In this document: positions 18,507 to 55,939 of the stretch, one piece after another | How the letters are laid out: each line of letters starts with the position of its first letter | Position numbering within the stretch: the stretch's first letter is position 1 | From: Flaccisagitta enflata | Lineage: Eukaryota | Assembly: GCA_965153355.1 (NCBI GenBank) | Contig: OZ231126.1 | Span: 20,274,001-20,338,000 of the forward strand | DNA: 64,000 nt | Direction of reading: 5' to 3' | Notes under the pieces: generated by a model | What the model was told of the DNA's origin: nothing | The model's input: the letters and a program-made list of their open reading frames with translations, nothing else | Database searches by the model: none | Translations under genes and position numbers: made by a program

Positions 18507-19972
18507 GCAGCTGCTCCCACAATAATTTTTTTAAAGATATATTTTGTGAAAATGAATGTCTCTAAAATGGATCCAAAGTTTTACTTTAATTTCCAATCTG
18601 CAAATCAAATGATTTAGTCAAAGATTCTCATAGAATATGACTTTTGGCATATTTTGTATCGTTTGACCATCTTTTACCTTCCTTATCCTACTATTTTGAA
18701 AACCAAGAACATCATAATTCCAATGTTTTTTAAAATAGTTAAATATTGCATTAGAATTGTTGATGGTCATCATAAAAACCAAAAATCTAAGATTACTACT
18801 GCTTCAACACAAACAAACAATGAGTTCAAGTTAATCAGTCAGACTCTGGGCTGCTTGATAGCTAATTTTGGCCTGTTTTTAGACTCCAATGGGCTCCCAC
18901 AATTTGATAGACTTAATTTACATTGAACAATAATATATTTTTATATTTAATCTCTTTAGGAATCTTAACCTGATTTTAGCTAGTTTTAAAACTTGAATGG
19001 GCTCATACAACGTTGTTCACTTGATTCACATTAGATAATTATATATTTTCACTAAAATTGTCCCTAAAAATCATTTTAATAAATCATAAAATAGAAAAAC
19101 GCTGTTTTTGCTTGTTTTGGCCAGGTTTTTAACTATTTTGACCTCATGTTGGCCAGTAATAAGACTTTTATGGGCTCATTCAACTCTGTGCACTTGATTC
19201 ACATTAGACAATTATATATTTGCATAATAATCATCATTAGAAATTATTTCAGCAAGCTAAATTGCAAAAAACCCTTAATTTTGCCTGTTTTGACCAGTTT
19301 TTTAGCCCATCCGGGTCCTTTTTTTGGGTCAAATGAGCCCAGATTGCCACAACATGTCATGATATGGGCCCATACAACCCCCTGGAGACTTAAAAATCAA
19401 ATCACTTTTGATGAGTTTCAAGTGCAGGAGGCCATAATTGAGAGATGGATAGATGCGGATGAAGGACAGATAGGGACTGTCTGAGGGTCGAGGGTAGTTG
19501 GATAAGTTTGGATCCGTTGGTGGAAACGTAGGTCTTCCAAATGCCCAAATTTGTGTCATTTATGTCTTTGTAATATTACAGAAATACTGCTGTATATAGG
19601 GTGTGGGGACGGCATGCCGCGGCAGTCCCGTCTAGATCGTCCTTTTGCTTGCCAATAAGTACCTGTTCTCATCTCGTTCTCTCTCTCTCATAACATCGGA
19701 TTATCATATAACAGGGTTGATTTTACTCTCGCCCTTTTTAGGTGTGCCAACGCACCTTTATGACCGGTCGTGTCCGTCTGTCTGTTGGTCTGTTGGTCAC
19801 GCAAACCCGGCGCACCTATTGGCCTACTTGGACTTGTTACATAATCGACCCTCGAAAGTTAACAAGACTCGAATGACAGATTTTCAGATGCATGCTAGGG
19901 TTCCTAGTATTTTTGAAAGACGCTGTGTCCGTCCAACCGTCTTTCAGTCTATCTGGGACGAGAAAAGAAGGG

Positions 19973-20065
<93 letters not shown>

Positions 20066-20317
20066 GACTCGGTGTCAGAAAGATAGCACAGACACAAAGG
20101 CTTCGTTGATCTAACTTTACCTCAAAATTTACCTCCGAGACTGTGACAGAACTTTTATGACAAGTTCATCGAAATTTAAGCCATGACGTAAACTCGAATT
20201 GGGATCTTCAATTTTCGAAATTTACTTTTTGCTCCACTCGCGCCCTAACCGAAGACCAACGTTTTTACTTTGGATTGTAATCTAGTTCGAATTTGTCGGT
20301 CAAAAGGAAGTTCAATA

Positions 20318-20370
<53 letters not shown>

Positions 20371-21439
20371 CAGGCACACAAGCATACAGAGATTGACAGC
20401 CAGAATCCCAGGCCAGGCCAGACAGGCAGAAAGACTGACTAACAAACATGTACGCACATACTGATAACAAGAAATTCGGAAAAAGAAGAAAAAAACGATT
20501 TAAATGATAATTTCTTTGTGGACACAGTTTACGATCAATGTCATTTCAACTTCGGGTAGTATGTAATTTTCCTGTGCTGTAGTCTGTAATTTTCCTTTTT
20601 CCTGCCTCGCTTCCCTCTTCCCCTCACTCTTCAAATTCTACCTCAAACTGTTTAACTTTTGATTTTACTCGCAAAGAACATATAAAAAGACCAACTAGTC
20701 ACTCGGTCTCGTCCTCGAAGTAGACTTACCTTCAAGCACTACGTTCTTTTTTTCTCAAATAGAAATCTTGTGACAATAAATCCCGAAATAACAAATTTGG
20801 ACAGCTTCGATCGGATTAAATCGCGAAATAATTACTTTGCTTTACTTGAATCATACGAGAAAAAAAAACAATGAATCGTAAAAAAAAGAACAATGCTATG
20901 ATCTGAGTTGATGGTTTGTGATAAGATAAAAGGAGACGGAGCGATCTGACATAAATGGCTTTGTCTTTATAATGCAATGTTGAAAAAGAAGTAAAGAATA
21001 AAAAAAGTGACAGGCAAGGAAAAAAAAGACAAACCGTTACAGCGTCACACACAAAAAAAGAAAAACAAGGCCGGATAGACGGCCAATAAGCAGTCGCTGA
21101 CGGGTGGGCAGGAGCAGTTTGCGGATAGGCAGGGGCAGTCATTCGGTGGGCAAGGGCTGTATTTTGGGTGGGCAGGGGCTGTTATGCTCAGAAATCACAA
21201 ATTCGGCCAATTTCGCGTCGTCCAAAATTTCGCGTTACGGACCAACCAAGGGACACACCCTCTTATAGAGTCGCTAAGTCAGCGACTAAAAAGACAAACC
21301 ATCACGACACCATTTAGTACTCAAGCAGCGTCGCAGATTTTTTACTCGTACACCGTTCTTCGCAATCTCACCAATGTTATGATCTGTGCATTTTAAACAA
21401 ACAACCAAAATTCTTAGACGACCGTAAGAAGGCCAAATC

Positions 21440-28893
<7,454 letters not shown>

Positions 28894-29410
28894 ATATTGC
28901 ATTATTTCACCAGAAAACAAGTGACCCGGGGTTACAATATTGTTGCCGACGGTTGGGCAGGGGCGAACAACGCAATTCTCGTCATTCTATTCCAATCTTA
29001 CACGTATTGAGTAAATTGTTTTTATTGTTCACGGATAAGCAACCATAGTAAGTTTTAATGCATCTGTCAATGCTTCCTAATAAATGACACTTCGCATGTA
29101 AATTTCAGTCGCAACACGCAAAAACAATGCCAAAAAGAACATCATCTTAAGTTAGGTACGTAGTGCAGTGAGACCCAGGGATAAGTCATAAGGATACGAA
29201 GCAGTTAAAACTGATTTTTAATGATGTGTAATGTAGTGTATCTGCAATTCAAAGTTGCGCCAATGCGCAATGCGCTAGTGACTGATGACTTGACCCGAGA
29301 AAGTTAGCGCAGATCTGCAACCCCTTTCAATGATTCCTTATTCTTTTCGAGAAGGAGTCCCCTCTAATCTTAAAACTTCAAATGAGGTGACATTATCCGC
29401 AATCTGAGAA

Positions 29411-44366
<14,956 letters not shown>

Positions 44367-44639
44367 GTACATTCTGGTGAAAAGATATTAGAGCGTACTA
44401 CTCGACTAAAAAAAAAGCCGCACTCTATTTTGAGTCTATGAACAAGAAGAAGAAATTATTTAAATATTTTTCTGTTGAAGTGATTTTAAACATTTCTTTA
44501 TTTTCGTTCACTCAAGACCGGATCTGTAAAGTAGATCTCATCTAGACTTAAGATAACAGGGGTAAGCATTGTGGAAAGACGAATAAAGGCAGAGGAGCGA
44601 TATTCGAATAATAGACTAATCAAAGGATGTTTGATTCCC

Positions 44640-44909
44640 CATGTGTTTTCGCTAAAATATCAATATTTTGAGAGATTTTGTTAAGGAACATTGCTTAAAA
44701 TCAAATTGTTACAACTTTCCCTCAGTATGTTTTACAAGGATGTTGCTCGTTTAGCCATTGCTAGGGAGTATACCCATGTGTGACAACCCCTAGAAAACGC
44801 TAAATGAGCGACATTCTAACAAAATAAACTGTGGGAAAGTTTTAACAAATTTGATTTTAAAAAATGTTCCAAAAAAAAATTTCTCAATGTTTTAGCGAAA
44901 ATACATAGA
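44640..44909. mobile_element. Small hairpin (foldback) element
   Basis: atgtgttttcgctaaaa...ctagggag is mirrored by cccctag...ttttagcgaaaatacat with a spacer of about 20 bp. Confidence 0.7.
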
Positions 44910-45475
44910 AATGTGTTTCCATGGCAACAAGCTATCATAGGCAATAAAGCATTATTTTTATCAGTCTATGTTTCAAATATCACTCCCCTGGCTTTATTTT
45001 TCTACAATGTTTGCCCCCATTATTTCAAGTCTAGACGAGATCTACTTTATCTCAAACGGTTTTGCAGCGAGAGCTTGTCAAAGTTATCTTCTAACAGGTG
45101 TAAAACAATTATTGGAACTCAGATAAATGGCCATAGAATCACAATAGATATTGATATACAGTTTTCACCATCAGGTAAAGGATAAAAAAATCTTTATTTT
45201 GATCATAAATTTTGTCAATTTTGGTTTAGGCAAAGTCAAATTATGATTAAAATAGTTGAGATGTGTTTTATCAAAGTCATTAGAAAATCACTATAAAGTC
45301 AACTCAACTTTGAAACACTATAAAATCAAAATAAACAAAGCTACCATAACATCTTTGAAACACTATAAAATCAAAATAAACAAAGCTACCATAACCAAAT
45401 TTGTCTCGTTTTAAAGAGTTGTTTTTACTCTTTCAAATCCGACCATTCTGGGTATTGTAGCTCAATTCGTTTAGG

Positions 45476-46090
45476 TACGTCATGGTGTATAGGAACAAGA
45501 AATTTTGGTTTCATTATACTTTTTGTTTGTGATATAGATTTAAATTAAAAAAATATCATTGGGATTTCAGTTAAGTAATTTTGATATAAAGCATAAAATG
45601 TCTTAACAATGTTTTTAAACCCAGAATACCCATTATAGTTTCAAAACAATCAGAAATAAGAATTGAATGTTTGAATTCCTTTAAAAAAAAATGAACAAAA
45701 TTTAACAAGGTCGTTAGGTGAAATTATATCACGGCCTCAGTACACAAAATTTTGCATTTCTAAAAACATGGCCCTTTTCTTATATGTTCTTAAAAAAAGG
45801 CCATGTTTTTAGAAATGCAAATTCTTTTATTTCTTTGCAATAATATAATTTCACCTAACAGGAGTGAGATAACAAAGTATGATTTTCTTTTAAAAAATCT
45901 TCTTTTTTCGACCTTTTTTCAATATATTATTTACATTAAATCTGTATTTTAATGATTATCTATGCAAAAAATTAATGTTTAACACTTTGAAAATGTTTTT
46001 TCTTTAAAAAATTATAAAAGAACAACATCAAAAATTTCTATAAAATTGTAATGACGCATGAACTTTCTTCTTCCCGTACACTGCGTCGTA
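45476..46090. mobile_element. Degenerate foldback element with a central palindrome
   Basis: Ends gtacgtcatggtgtataggaacaagaaa / tttcttcttcccgtacactgcgtcgtac. Central tttgcatttctaaaaacatggcc / ggccatgtttttagaaatgcaaa. Confidence 0.6.
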
Positions 46091-47829
46091 CAGCACTCTT
46101 CCAAAGTTGATGCTTACTTTTAGGTTAACACTTTCTTTTTTTCAGATTGCAGATTAAAAAAACAGAAATGGCAAATTGAAATGAATTAAAACTACTAAAA
46201 TCAACCATAAGGTGCACTTAGACACATATATTTTCATATTTGTTAAGAATAAGCTCGACATTGTAAGGCTGGATACATGGCTACCTAAGTCGCGTGCGGT
46301 TGGGCAGGGGCCATATTTAACGTCGCTTTATCATTTGGGCAGGAGCAGTGAGGCTAAAGACTGCAAAAAAAAAACAAAAAAGTAAAGTGTGACGGACAGA
46401 TGGATGGACGAACCGACGGACTGACTGACAAAGCAGGTTGTAAAGTTGCGTAACACGCGACTTAAAATTGAATAAAATAAGTTTTCTAGGTCTAGTTCCA
46501 ATACTTGTGTTACACCTGTTAATTTGTAAAAATGCTGTTGGGATGCAAACTGATAATGCGAATGTTTCTAGACTTAAATGAATAAAGCTAGAATTGCCAG
46601 AATTGAGCCAAATGAAAGATCTTTTCAAAAACTTTTTAACGGCCTAAGATTAGCGACCGGTCACGACGCTCAGCCAGGCTGTGTAAAAAATCGTTGAAAA
46701 ACGCGAATTTTCCGCACTGAAGATCGCTTAGATATAAGATAAAAAGTCGTGATTGCCAAGCAATTAGCAAAATAGCAATTAGCAATTAGCTAAAATCAAT
46801 GCGAAATATGCTAAAGCATGTCAGATTACATCGTATAACATCAAGAAATCATAAAAAACCGGGAGAAAAATGGTTAAGGTTATCGCAGGAAGCTTTCAAA
46901 ATGAGCCTCAACTTTGACAAAGTGGAAACGGATCGCATTATGCGTGCATCTGCGAGTTTCAAATATATATGAAAGAGTAGACCAAGAAGGACCTATATCT
47001 CAAATTTCATCAAAATCGGTCAATGCGCTCACCTCCTACCATGCGTGCATTTGTTAAGTTTGTTTTAGAAAAATGGCTGCTTTGCGGTGGTTGAATTTCT
47101 TGCGCGCAAAAAGGTTTACGCGCCGCAGCCGATAGGGTAAGTCAAACAAAAAACTCAATAGTTCATAAATTGTTTTTAATTCCAACAAAATATATAGTGC
47201 AGCATATCATTCGAAAGCTCTTGACATGATAAACATGATTATGTGCATGTTTTAAGTCGAATCAGAAAAATCAAAGATATATATTAAAATCATCAATTTC
47301 TTGGTGTTAAGCTTGCATGGCCGGATCTGCATAGGAATTCCTAAAAAGTATTACACCATCGTAAACACAAGAACATAGTGCTAACACTATCAAGAAATTA
47401 TCTTGATGCCTCTTATTTAGCATAAATGAACTGTAATTCAAAAATCATAAAAAAGAAAAATATCCCTCCTTCGATTATATTACAAATTTTAAGGCCCCTT
47501 ACATTCAAACTACGGACACGTGACTCTATAGGCCACTTCTTGTCAATCCATTGGTCAGTTGGTTCATTCATTCGTCTGTCCGTCTGCCCACCTATCTATG
47601 CGTCTGCGTTTCTCGGCTGTTTTTGGCCCAAATGAGATCATATACTGGGTGTGTTTCTATTGTCAACAAGAATCTCAGGTGATTCCGTGAAAAGCGTTTT
47701 CAGCGTAACATACAAATACATACATACATACATACATACATACATACATACATACATACATACATACATACATACAGCGTAACATACAGCGTAACATACA
47801 AATAAATATATACATACATACATACATAC

Positions 47830-50260
47830 CAGACTGGGCCGTAGGACCCTTATGAAGGCAGATCAGCTACCAACAGCAGGGACTGGCTTCATTCATCATA
47901 ACATCAAGATTTGCCAAGTTTCATGACCATATGATCGATTTTACTCATGGCCGCCACCCCCCCTAAAATTCCAGCATGAGGGTTGTTGTGGTAAAAATTC
48001 CAACTTTGGGTCACTTTGGCCTCAAAATTAGGCCCCTTCGAATTTGAATTTTGACCTAAAATCTATGAGATTATAAAACTAAAGCTCAAGAGCTAACTAG
48101 TGGTGCAATCCGCATGTTTTTATCTTAATTTGTTGAGATTTGAGAGCATTTCAAAGATGAAAGGGTATGAGGGTCAAATTGCATCCTACTTTCAGTGGTA
48201 ATTTTGACATTTTTCACCGATTTGAACATATTTTGGCTTTGGATGGACCAATCTGCATGAAATCGGTGATCAAATTGAAGAGTTTTTGCTGCTCTAGCTG
48301 ATGGTAAAAAAAGTTTTGATCGATTTTGCCCTCAATTTTTTTTATTGACTGTAGAAGCAGGTGTAAAAAAGTAAATTTTCTTGAAAATTGAGCAATTTTG
48401 GACAAAAAATTAGTCCACTTCCATTTTTAAAAAAGACTTAAAATCCATGAGCAAAATAAAGAGCTGCTCAAAAGCTAACTAGTGATGCAATCGGCATGTC
48501 AATATGTTTTTGCATTAAGATTTTACAAAACTTTAAAGATCAAGGGGTTTGGCAAAATGACCATTTATGGTCACTTTGGCTGTTTTGGCCTCAATAAGGG
48601 GTCACTTTGCTGTAGAAATCGATAAAAAAATCTGTGAGATTATAAAACTAGAGCTCAAGAGCTTACCAGTGGTGCAATCCGCATATTTTTATCTTAATTT
48701 GTTAAGACTTTAGAGCATTTCAAAGATGAAAGGGTAGGAAGGTCAAATTGCAGCCTTAATTTCAATGGCGATTATGACACTTTTCGCTAATTTCAATATT
48801 TCTTGGCTTTGGATGAACCAATCTGCATGAAATTGGTGACCAAACTGAAGAGTTTTTGCTGCTCTAGCAGATGGTAAAAGATTTTTTGATCGATATGCCC
48901 CCCAATTTTTTTTTAATGACCATGGAAGCAGATGCAAAAAGTGTTTTTTTCTTTGTAAATTGGGCAATTTTGGACAACAAATTTGGCTACTTCCAATTTA
49001 ATAATTGACCTAAAATCCATGACCAAAATAAAGAGAGCTAACTAGTGGTGCAATCGCCATGTCTTTATGATTTTGCATTTAGATTTGACAGAATTTAAAA
49101 GATTAAAGGGACTGTCCAAATTAGCATGTAAGGCCATTTTGGGAAAAACCAAATGGGCAAAAAAATACTCTTTTTAGCACCTGCTTCTACAGTCTCCAAA
49201 ACATTTTGAGGGTCATATCGATCAAAAAGTTTACCAGAATCAGTTAGAGCATCAAAAAATCTTCAATTTGGTCACCAATTTTATCCATATTTGTCCATCC
49301 AAAGCCAAGATATATCAAAAAATGAAAAAAGTTGTCAAATTTGACCCCCAAGTTTATCCAGTAAAATAACCCTCATACCCTTCCATCTTTGAAATGCTCT
49401 CAAACTTAAACGAAAAATGATAGTAACATGCGGATTGCACCAATGGTTAGCTCTTGATATCTAGTTTTATAATCTCACAGATTTTTCTATCGATTTCTGC
49501 GGCAAAGTGAACCCAAATTGAGGCCAAAACGGCCAAAGTGACCATAAATGGTCATTTTGACATACTCTTTGATCTTTGAAGTTCTGTAAAATCTAAATGC
49601 AAAAACATATTGACATGCCGATTGCACCACTAGTTAGCTCTTTAGCTCACAGATTTTAAGTCTTTTTTAAAAATGGAAGTGGTCTCATTTTTTGTCCAAA
49701 ATGGCTCAATTTTCAAGAAAATTGACTTTTTTACACCTGCTTCTACAGTCAATAAAAAAATTGAGGGCGAAATCGATCAAAATTTTTTTTACCATCAGCT
49801 AGAGCAGCAAAAACTCTTCAATTTGATCACCGATTTCATGCAGATTGGTCCATCCAAAGCCAAAATATGTTCAAATCTGTGAAAAATGTCAAATTTGCCA
49901 CTGAAAATAGGCTGCAATTTGACCCTCATACCCTTTTATCTTTGAAATGCTCTCAAATCTCAACAAATTAAGATAAAAACATGCGGATTGCAACACTAGT
50001 TAGCTCTTGAGCTCTTGTTTTATAATCTCATAGATTTTAGGTCAAAATTTAAGGGCCTAATATTGAGGCCAAAGTGACCAAAAGTTGGAATTTTTACCAC
50101 AACAACCCTCATACTGGGATTTTAGGGGGGGGGTGGCGGCCATGAGTAAAATCGATCATATGGTCATGAAACTTGGCAAATCTTGTTGTTATGACGAATG
50201 AAGCCAGTCCCTGCTGTTGGTAGCCGATCTGCCTCCATAAGGGTCCTACGGCCCAGTCTG
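47830..50260. mobile_element. 2.4-kb near-palindromic foldback transposon (CAG...CTG termini) inserted in (TACA)n
   Basis: TIR cagactgggccgtaggacccttatg / cataagggtcctacggcccagtctg. Arms of about 1.1 kb, each built from two ~570-bp modules. Flanks atacatac / atacatac. Confidence 0.92.
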
Positions 50261-50261
50261 A

Positions 50262-50292
<31 letters not shown>

Positions 50293-50730
50293 GAATTTCA
50301 ACTGTCCCCACAAGTGAGCAAAGTGAGTGAGATAGCTTGTGAATGGTGCGAGCTAGTGAAGCGTGAGCAGCAAAACGGAGCGCTGCGGAGCGAGAGAGGG
50401 AACGAAAGTAACGAGCGACCGAGTCACTATGGGATAAAAAAGCGATTTTTCGAGACAAATTTTATCGCTAGTCATCTTCACCATTGCTGTTTGTCAAGCG
50501 AGTGATACGCCCCACAATTCACAACATTACTTAAATTGACAGTTTAGACCTCAAAGCAGCCAATATTTTCAGTATATTTTGAATGTTTTTTACATTCTGA
50601 GGTAAGTCTGATGATCTAGAGCTAGAATGAGAACGCAGATCGTTTTTTTTCATTTTCTCAAATTTCATGACAGTAACTCTTTAGACTCATTAGTTTACTG
50701 AATGCACTCAAAGCTCAACGAAATGTCATA

Positions 50731-50814
<84 letters not shown>

Positions 50815-50911
50815 CTTCGTTGTTGATGCTGTTGTTGTTAACAATGTTTTCATCGCTACTGTCATAGTCACGTCAATGATATGATGCTGAAACGAAGACA
50901 GGATTTTGATT

Positions 50912-51018
<107 letters not shown>

Positions 51019-51220
51019 ATTGATTGATTGATTGATTTATTGCTCAAAGTACATGAATTAATCACGTAAACAAAATTGTTTTGAGCGGTACAAAAGTACA
51101 ATAAATAATTTCAGTAATAAATACAAAAGATGGTAAAATGATTTGAAAGAATAGAAACGGAAGATACTTGTGGTTTTAAGTATAACATTGGTATTATCCA
51201 ATCTAGACGTAAAGGGTAAA

Positions 51221-51306
<86 letters not shown>

Positions 51307-51368
51307 CGAGAGAGTCCTCTTGACCAATCAAATTGGCCGAAAAACGAACAAAGATGCGTTCGAGATAT

Positions 51369-51608
<240 letters not shown>

Positions 51609-53529
51609 GAGAGACAGAGAGAGACAGAGAGAGAGAGATTATATTGAACGACATTTTTAGCACTGCGACAATAATCAATTAAGCAGTTGAATTTCACTAT
51701 GGGTGAGTCAGTGCATAAGAACAAGTCCAAGTGGAGCTGCTGATTGAGTATCTGAACGATTTTGTTTTTCTTTCAGAATCCTTCGCCAGAGCGAATTTAA
51801 TTCGAATAGGTTCGGGTCGTAACACATAAAACCCAGCCAACCCTTAGCCCTAAAGCTCCCAACCCTAACCCTAACCCTAAACCCACCCCTAACCCTAATT
51901 TAAAAAATGGCTTAAAAAGTCTTAAAAACAAAAGATCGACAGATGGTTGTTCAAGTGTACCGGCCAAGTTATGGCCAATACGTGCGCCTTGCTTGATTAA
52001 GAATTTGTGAATCAACGTTTTGAATGAATAAATGAATGAATGAATGAATGAATGAATGAATGAAAATGAAAATGAATGTGGTATGGCATGAGAGGTGATA
52101 GGAATGAAAAAATACGTCAGAATCAGCCGTTTTGCACTTTTCTAACGTATGATAGATGCGTTACCCGACCGACCAACCAACCGACGGACATGACCTCTTG
52201 TAGAAGTGCGAGGACGCACTTAAAAACAGATGTTTTTTTTTCCAAATTATCGAATCATGTGCTCGATTCATCATCAGGCAAGGGTAGACTTAGACTCGAA
52301 AATGTTTATAGGTCAGTCAGTAGCTCAATTTTTCGCCTGGACCTGCTCAGCGCTTTCAATATTGCACGTTTCAAATTTCAAGGTTCTGGCTCAAATACTT
52401 TAGAAGTTATGAGCGTATGTTTGAACCATATCAACCTGAAGAAATTCCAGGAGAATCTTTAAACTTTCTTTTAAGTTATAGCCGACAGTGAATTTCAAAG
52501 AGAGTCAAAGTTTATAAAAAAATTAAGGTTGTAGGATTTTGGATCTAGGCGAATCAAACATATATATTCCTATTGATGCACCCCACTTTTGAAAACCATT
52601 TTTCAAAAAAATATTTTGTTTTTTTTCAGTCCCTGACAGGTGGCACAAAAATTTTCCAAGTTTTTTGAAAAAAAGTGAAAATACAAGATTTTGGATCTAG
52701 GCGAATCAAACAATTTCCTATTGATTGTACCCAACTTTTTTTTCAAAAAAAAATCTTCATTAGGGGCTTTTTTGGGGGCTCTTAGGGGCCCCTAAGAAGT
52801 TCAAAATTTTGGTAAATGAGATGAACAGAGTTATGTGCATACGCCAAAGTATCTTTCGGGACCAAATTCAAGCAGACCACTTCAAGCTAGAGCTCATGCC
52901 GTTACTACCTTCTGACCGGCCGCATTTAAAAGAGAAATTGGAAAATTCACAAGGACTCAGATTCCGGATCTAAGGTCAATCTCTAGGCAAGGGAATGAGA
53001 CAAGAAATGGAAAACTGGGGGTAAGAAATAAGAAGAAGAGAAAACAATAGAAACAGAAAGTTCTTCTTGATTGTTCCTCCTGTTCCTCCTCCTCCTCCCC
53101 TCCTCTTCCCCCTCCCCTCCTCTTCCCTTCCTCCTCCCCGTATCCTCGTCCTATATTCCAGAAACTATATTTGTATAAATGATACTACCATAAGTTCAAG
53201 ACGTATTGCTCCTGTTTGCGGCGTGAAATTTCACTGCTTGATCGTCGTTGAGAGAGAGAGAGATAGCGACATGTATTTGTAAGGATGGAGAGAGAGAGAT
53301 AGCAACGAAGGAAATAAAGAAGAAATTAAGGGCGCATTCTGAGGGAACAAGGCCGGATACACGGCAATCCAGTCGCGGACGGTTGGGCAGGAGCAGTAAT
53401 GCGAATACCGCTCGGAATTCAGAAATGTGACGGACGGACCGACGGACCGACCTACCGACTGACACAGCAAAGTGTAGAGTCGCGTGTCCGCGACTGAAAA
53501 AAAGATCGATCCCGGGATTTGCCGGGAAA

Positions 53530-54023
53530 GTGAATACGAGAGCGAAAGCAAAAGGAAGGGCAAAAGCGAGAGCGAGAGCAAGAGAGAGCTGGAGTCAACA
53601 CAAGTGTGAACACAAGAGCGGATGCGAGAGCAAATGCAAGAGCCAACGCGAGAAAAAATGCAAAAGCAATGGCGATAGCTATGGCAAATGCGAGAGCAAA
53701 CGTGAATGTGAGAGAAAACTCGAGCGCAACCGTGAGAGCAACCGCAAAAGCAAATGTGGGAGTGATCACAAGAGCAAGCGCGAGAGCAAACACGGGAGCA
53801 AACCCGAGAGCATAGGTGAGAGTGAACACTAGAGCAAATGCGAGAGCAAACGCAAGAGCGAAAGCGAGAGCAATTACGAGAGCAAACGCGAGAGCAAATG
53901 CGAGAACAAATGCGAGAGCAAACGCAATAAGAATGGGAGAGCAAATGCGAGAGCGAACGCCTGTGCGAACCATCCAACCAACTCACTGAGCAACACATAG
54001 TGCCATGTGCACGTGACTAAAAA
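53530..54023 (-). repeat. 12-bp tandem array (gcgagagcaaa[t/c]) ending in a HINE-like terminus
   Basis: Array at about 53535-53960; end gtgcacgtgactaaaaa. Confidence 0.7.
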
Positions 54024-55097
54024 TCATATGATGTCACTACACATGCGGCAAAACTGAAAATTAAAGCGCACCTAGCGTCAATCAAATTTGATTCTGCATA
54101 GTTCGTTTTCCAACCCAAAAATCGGTCTGTCAGTCCTTCAGTCTATCAGTCCTTCAGTCCGTTGGTAAATCCGTCCATCAGTCTGTCACATTGTTAGTCG
54201 CGTGCTAGGAAACTCTACATCCCGCTTTGTTGGTCCGTCAGTCCATCTGTCCATCACGCTTTACTTTTTATGGGGTTTTGTGGACTTCGGCCTCACAGCA
54301 CCTTCCCCAATGATCATTTTTGCTTAGTTTTTACCTGTTTTTAGGTATATCCAATCCAGATTTTAGTGAGAAACTGCTCTCGGTACCATACTTTCTCTAG
54401 CGGTGGTCATGTTCCAGCAGCTGGCCTCAAAAATCGCAACTAATCATCGATAGTGTACTGAAAATTGCAATATTTGCCCATTTTTAATGTTTTACATTTC
54501 TTTTTTTGCCTTTAGTAAGCAATAACTTTTGAACGGTTGGACCAATATTCGTGCCAAAGGTACCAGTCGATTCGTCTGTTTAAACTCTTCATTTTGGTCA
54601 CCAATTTTTTATATTTATCTTTAAAAATGTATGGGATATGGCCTAAAACGTGAAGACATGTCATCAACGATTATTCTGAGGCAAATCTAGCATCATTTTT
54701 GCAAGGTTATTGTGCTCAAAAGTGCAATCTGAAGGTAGCGATCGACCTAAATCATCCTATTAAGTGTCTGTAAGTGTGAATTGACCAAAAAATTCATGAT
54801 AATCACGATATCTAAATTAGGTGTCCCCTTACTACTAAGATTTTAATTAGTTTTTTTTTTAAATTTATTATTGGGAAAAAAATTGAAAAACGTTTTTCGA
54901 TTTTTTGAGTTTCGCTTAGGAATTAATTTTTCCCATTTTCGCTTGGAGCGTTTTGGGGAAGTTGAGTCACAACTAGGCTCGCCCGAGGCTGAGGTTGAAA
55001 TTGGTACAGGGTGAAAGAGGGCACTTTTTTACACCTTCTGGAAAAAAATCAGGGCACTGTCGGACCAATACTTTAGGCACTATGAATTTTTCAATCT

Positions 55098-55863
55098 TTT
55101 TTGGGCAGCGGCCCCGAAGGGGACGAAGTCCTGTAGAACACAGGGGGGATCTGTCCGTCCGTCCGTCCGTACGTCCGTCCCCCCCCTCTGCCCCACCCTC
55201 AGGGCTTCGTCTCCTTTGGGGCCCAAATCCAAGCTGTATGGCCAAAATCCAAGCAAAATGGCCTAAATCCAGCTAAAATGGGCCAAATCCAGGCAAAATG
55301 GGCCAAATCTGGCTAGAAAACCTGAATTCTGGCCTGAATTCTATTATTTTGGCCCCTAAATTTAGATTCTGGCTCCTTAAACCCACAACCTACCTGACCT
55401 TTGAGACCTAGATTCTAACCTCCAAGACTAAGGTTCTGGCCTAAATCCTGGCCTCAGAGGCCCAAATCCTAGCCTCAGAGACTGAAATCCTTGCCTCTGA
55501 GACCAAGAAACTGGTCTCTGAGACTAAAATTCTGGTCTAAGAGAACCAGATCCTGGCCTACCCTCCCTCAACATAACCCACAAACTATACAATAAGGGCA
55601 AGGATACCATTGTCCATATACTGCCTCTTGTCATTTCTCTATGGTATTCAATGAAAATTTGAATCACAGGGCATCCTGGACAGAAGGAAGGCAGACAAAA
55701 GGACGTATGGACGGACGGAAGGACGGACGGACAGATTCCCCCTGTGTTCTACAGAACTCGACCCCTTCGGGGCCGCTGCCCTGCTCCCTCTCAACCTAAA
55801 TCCCTTTCTACTCAAGCAGGGCACGGGTACCGCTGACCACTTACTGCCTTTGGGCTGCTATTA
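55098..55863 (+). mobile_element. HINE-like element with long subterminal inverted repeats and a degenerate ~20-bp internal array
   Basis: gggcagcggccccgaagggg..ctgtagaacacagggg+(gtcc)n is mirrored at 55705-55781, followed by an unpaired 3' tail (asymmetric subTIR layout). Confidence 0.75.
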
Positions 55864-55939
55864 TTTTTTCACATTCTCCGCATTTTTCTCATCGATCTTA
55901 ATTTTGGGCCCTAAATAACAACAAAAATGAGTTCAGCAG

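Noticed and set aside
53231-53998. Cys-rich (CSRI)n and Ala-rich ORFs
   Set aside because: 12-bp tandem array within a HINE-like element, open on both strands.
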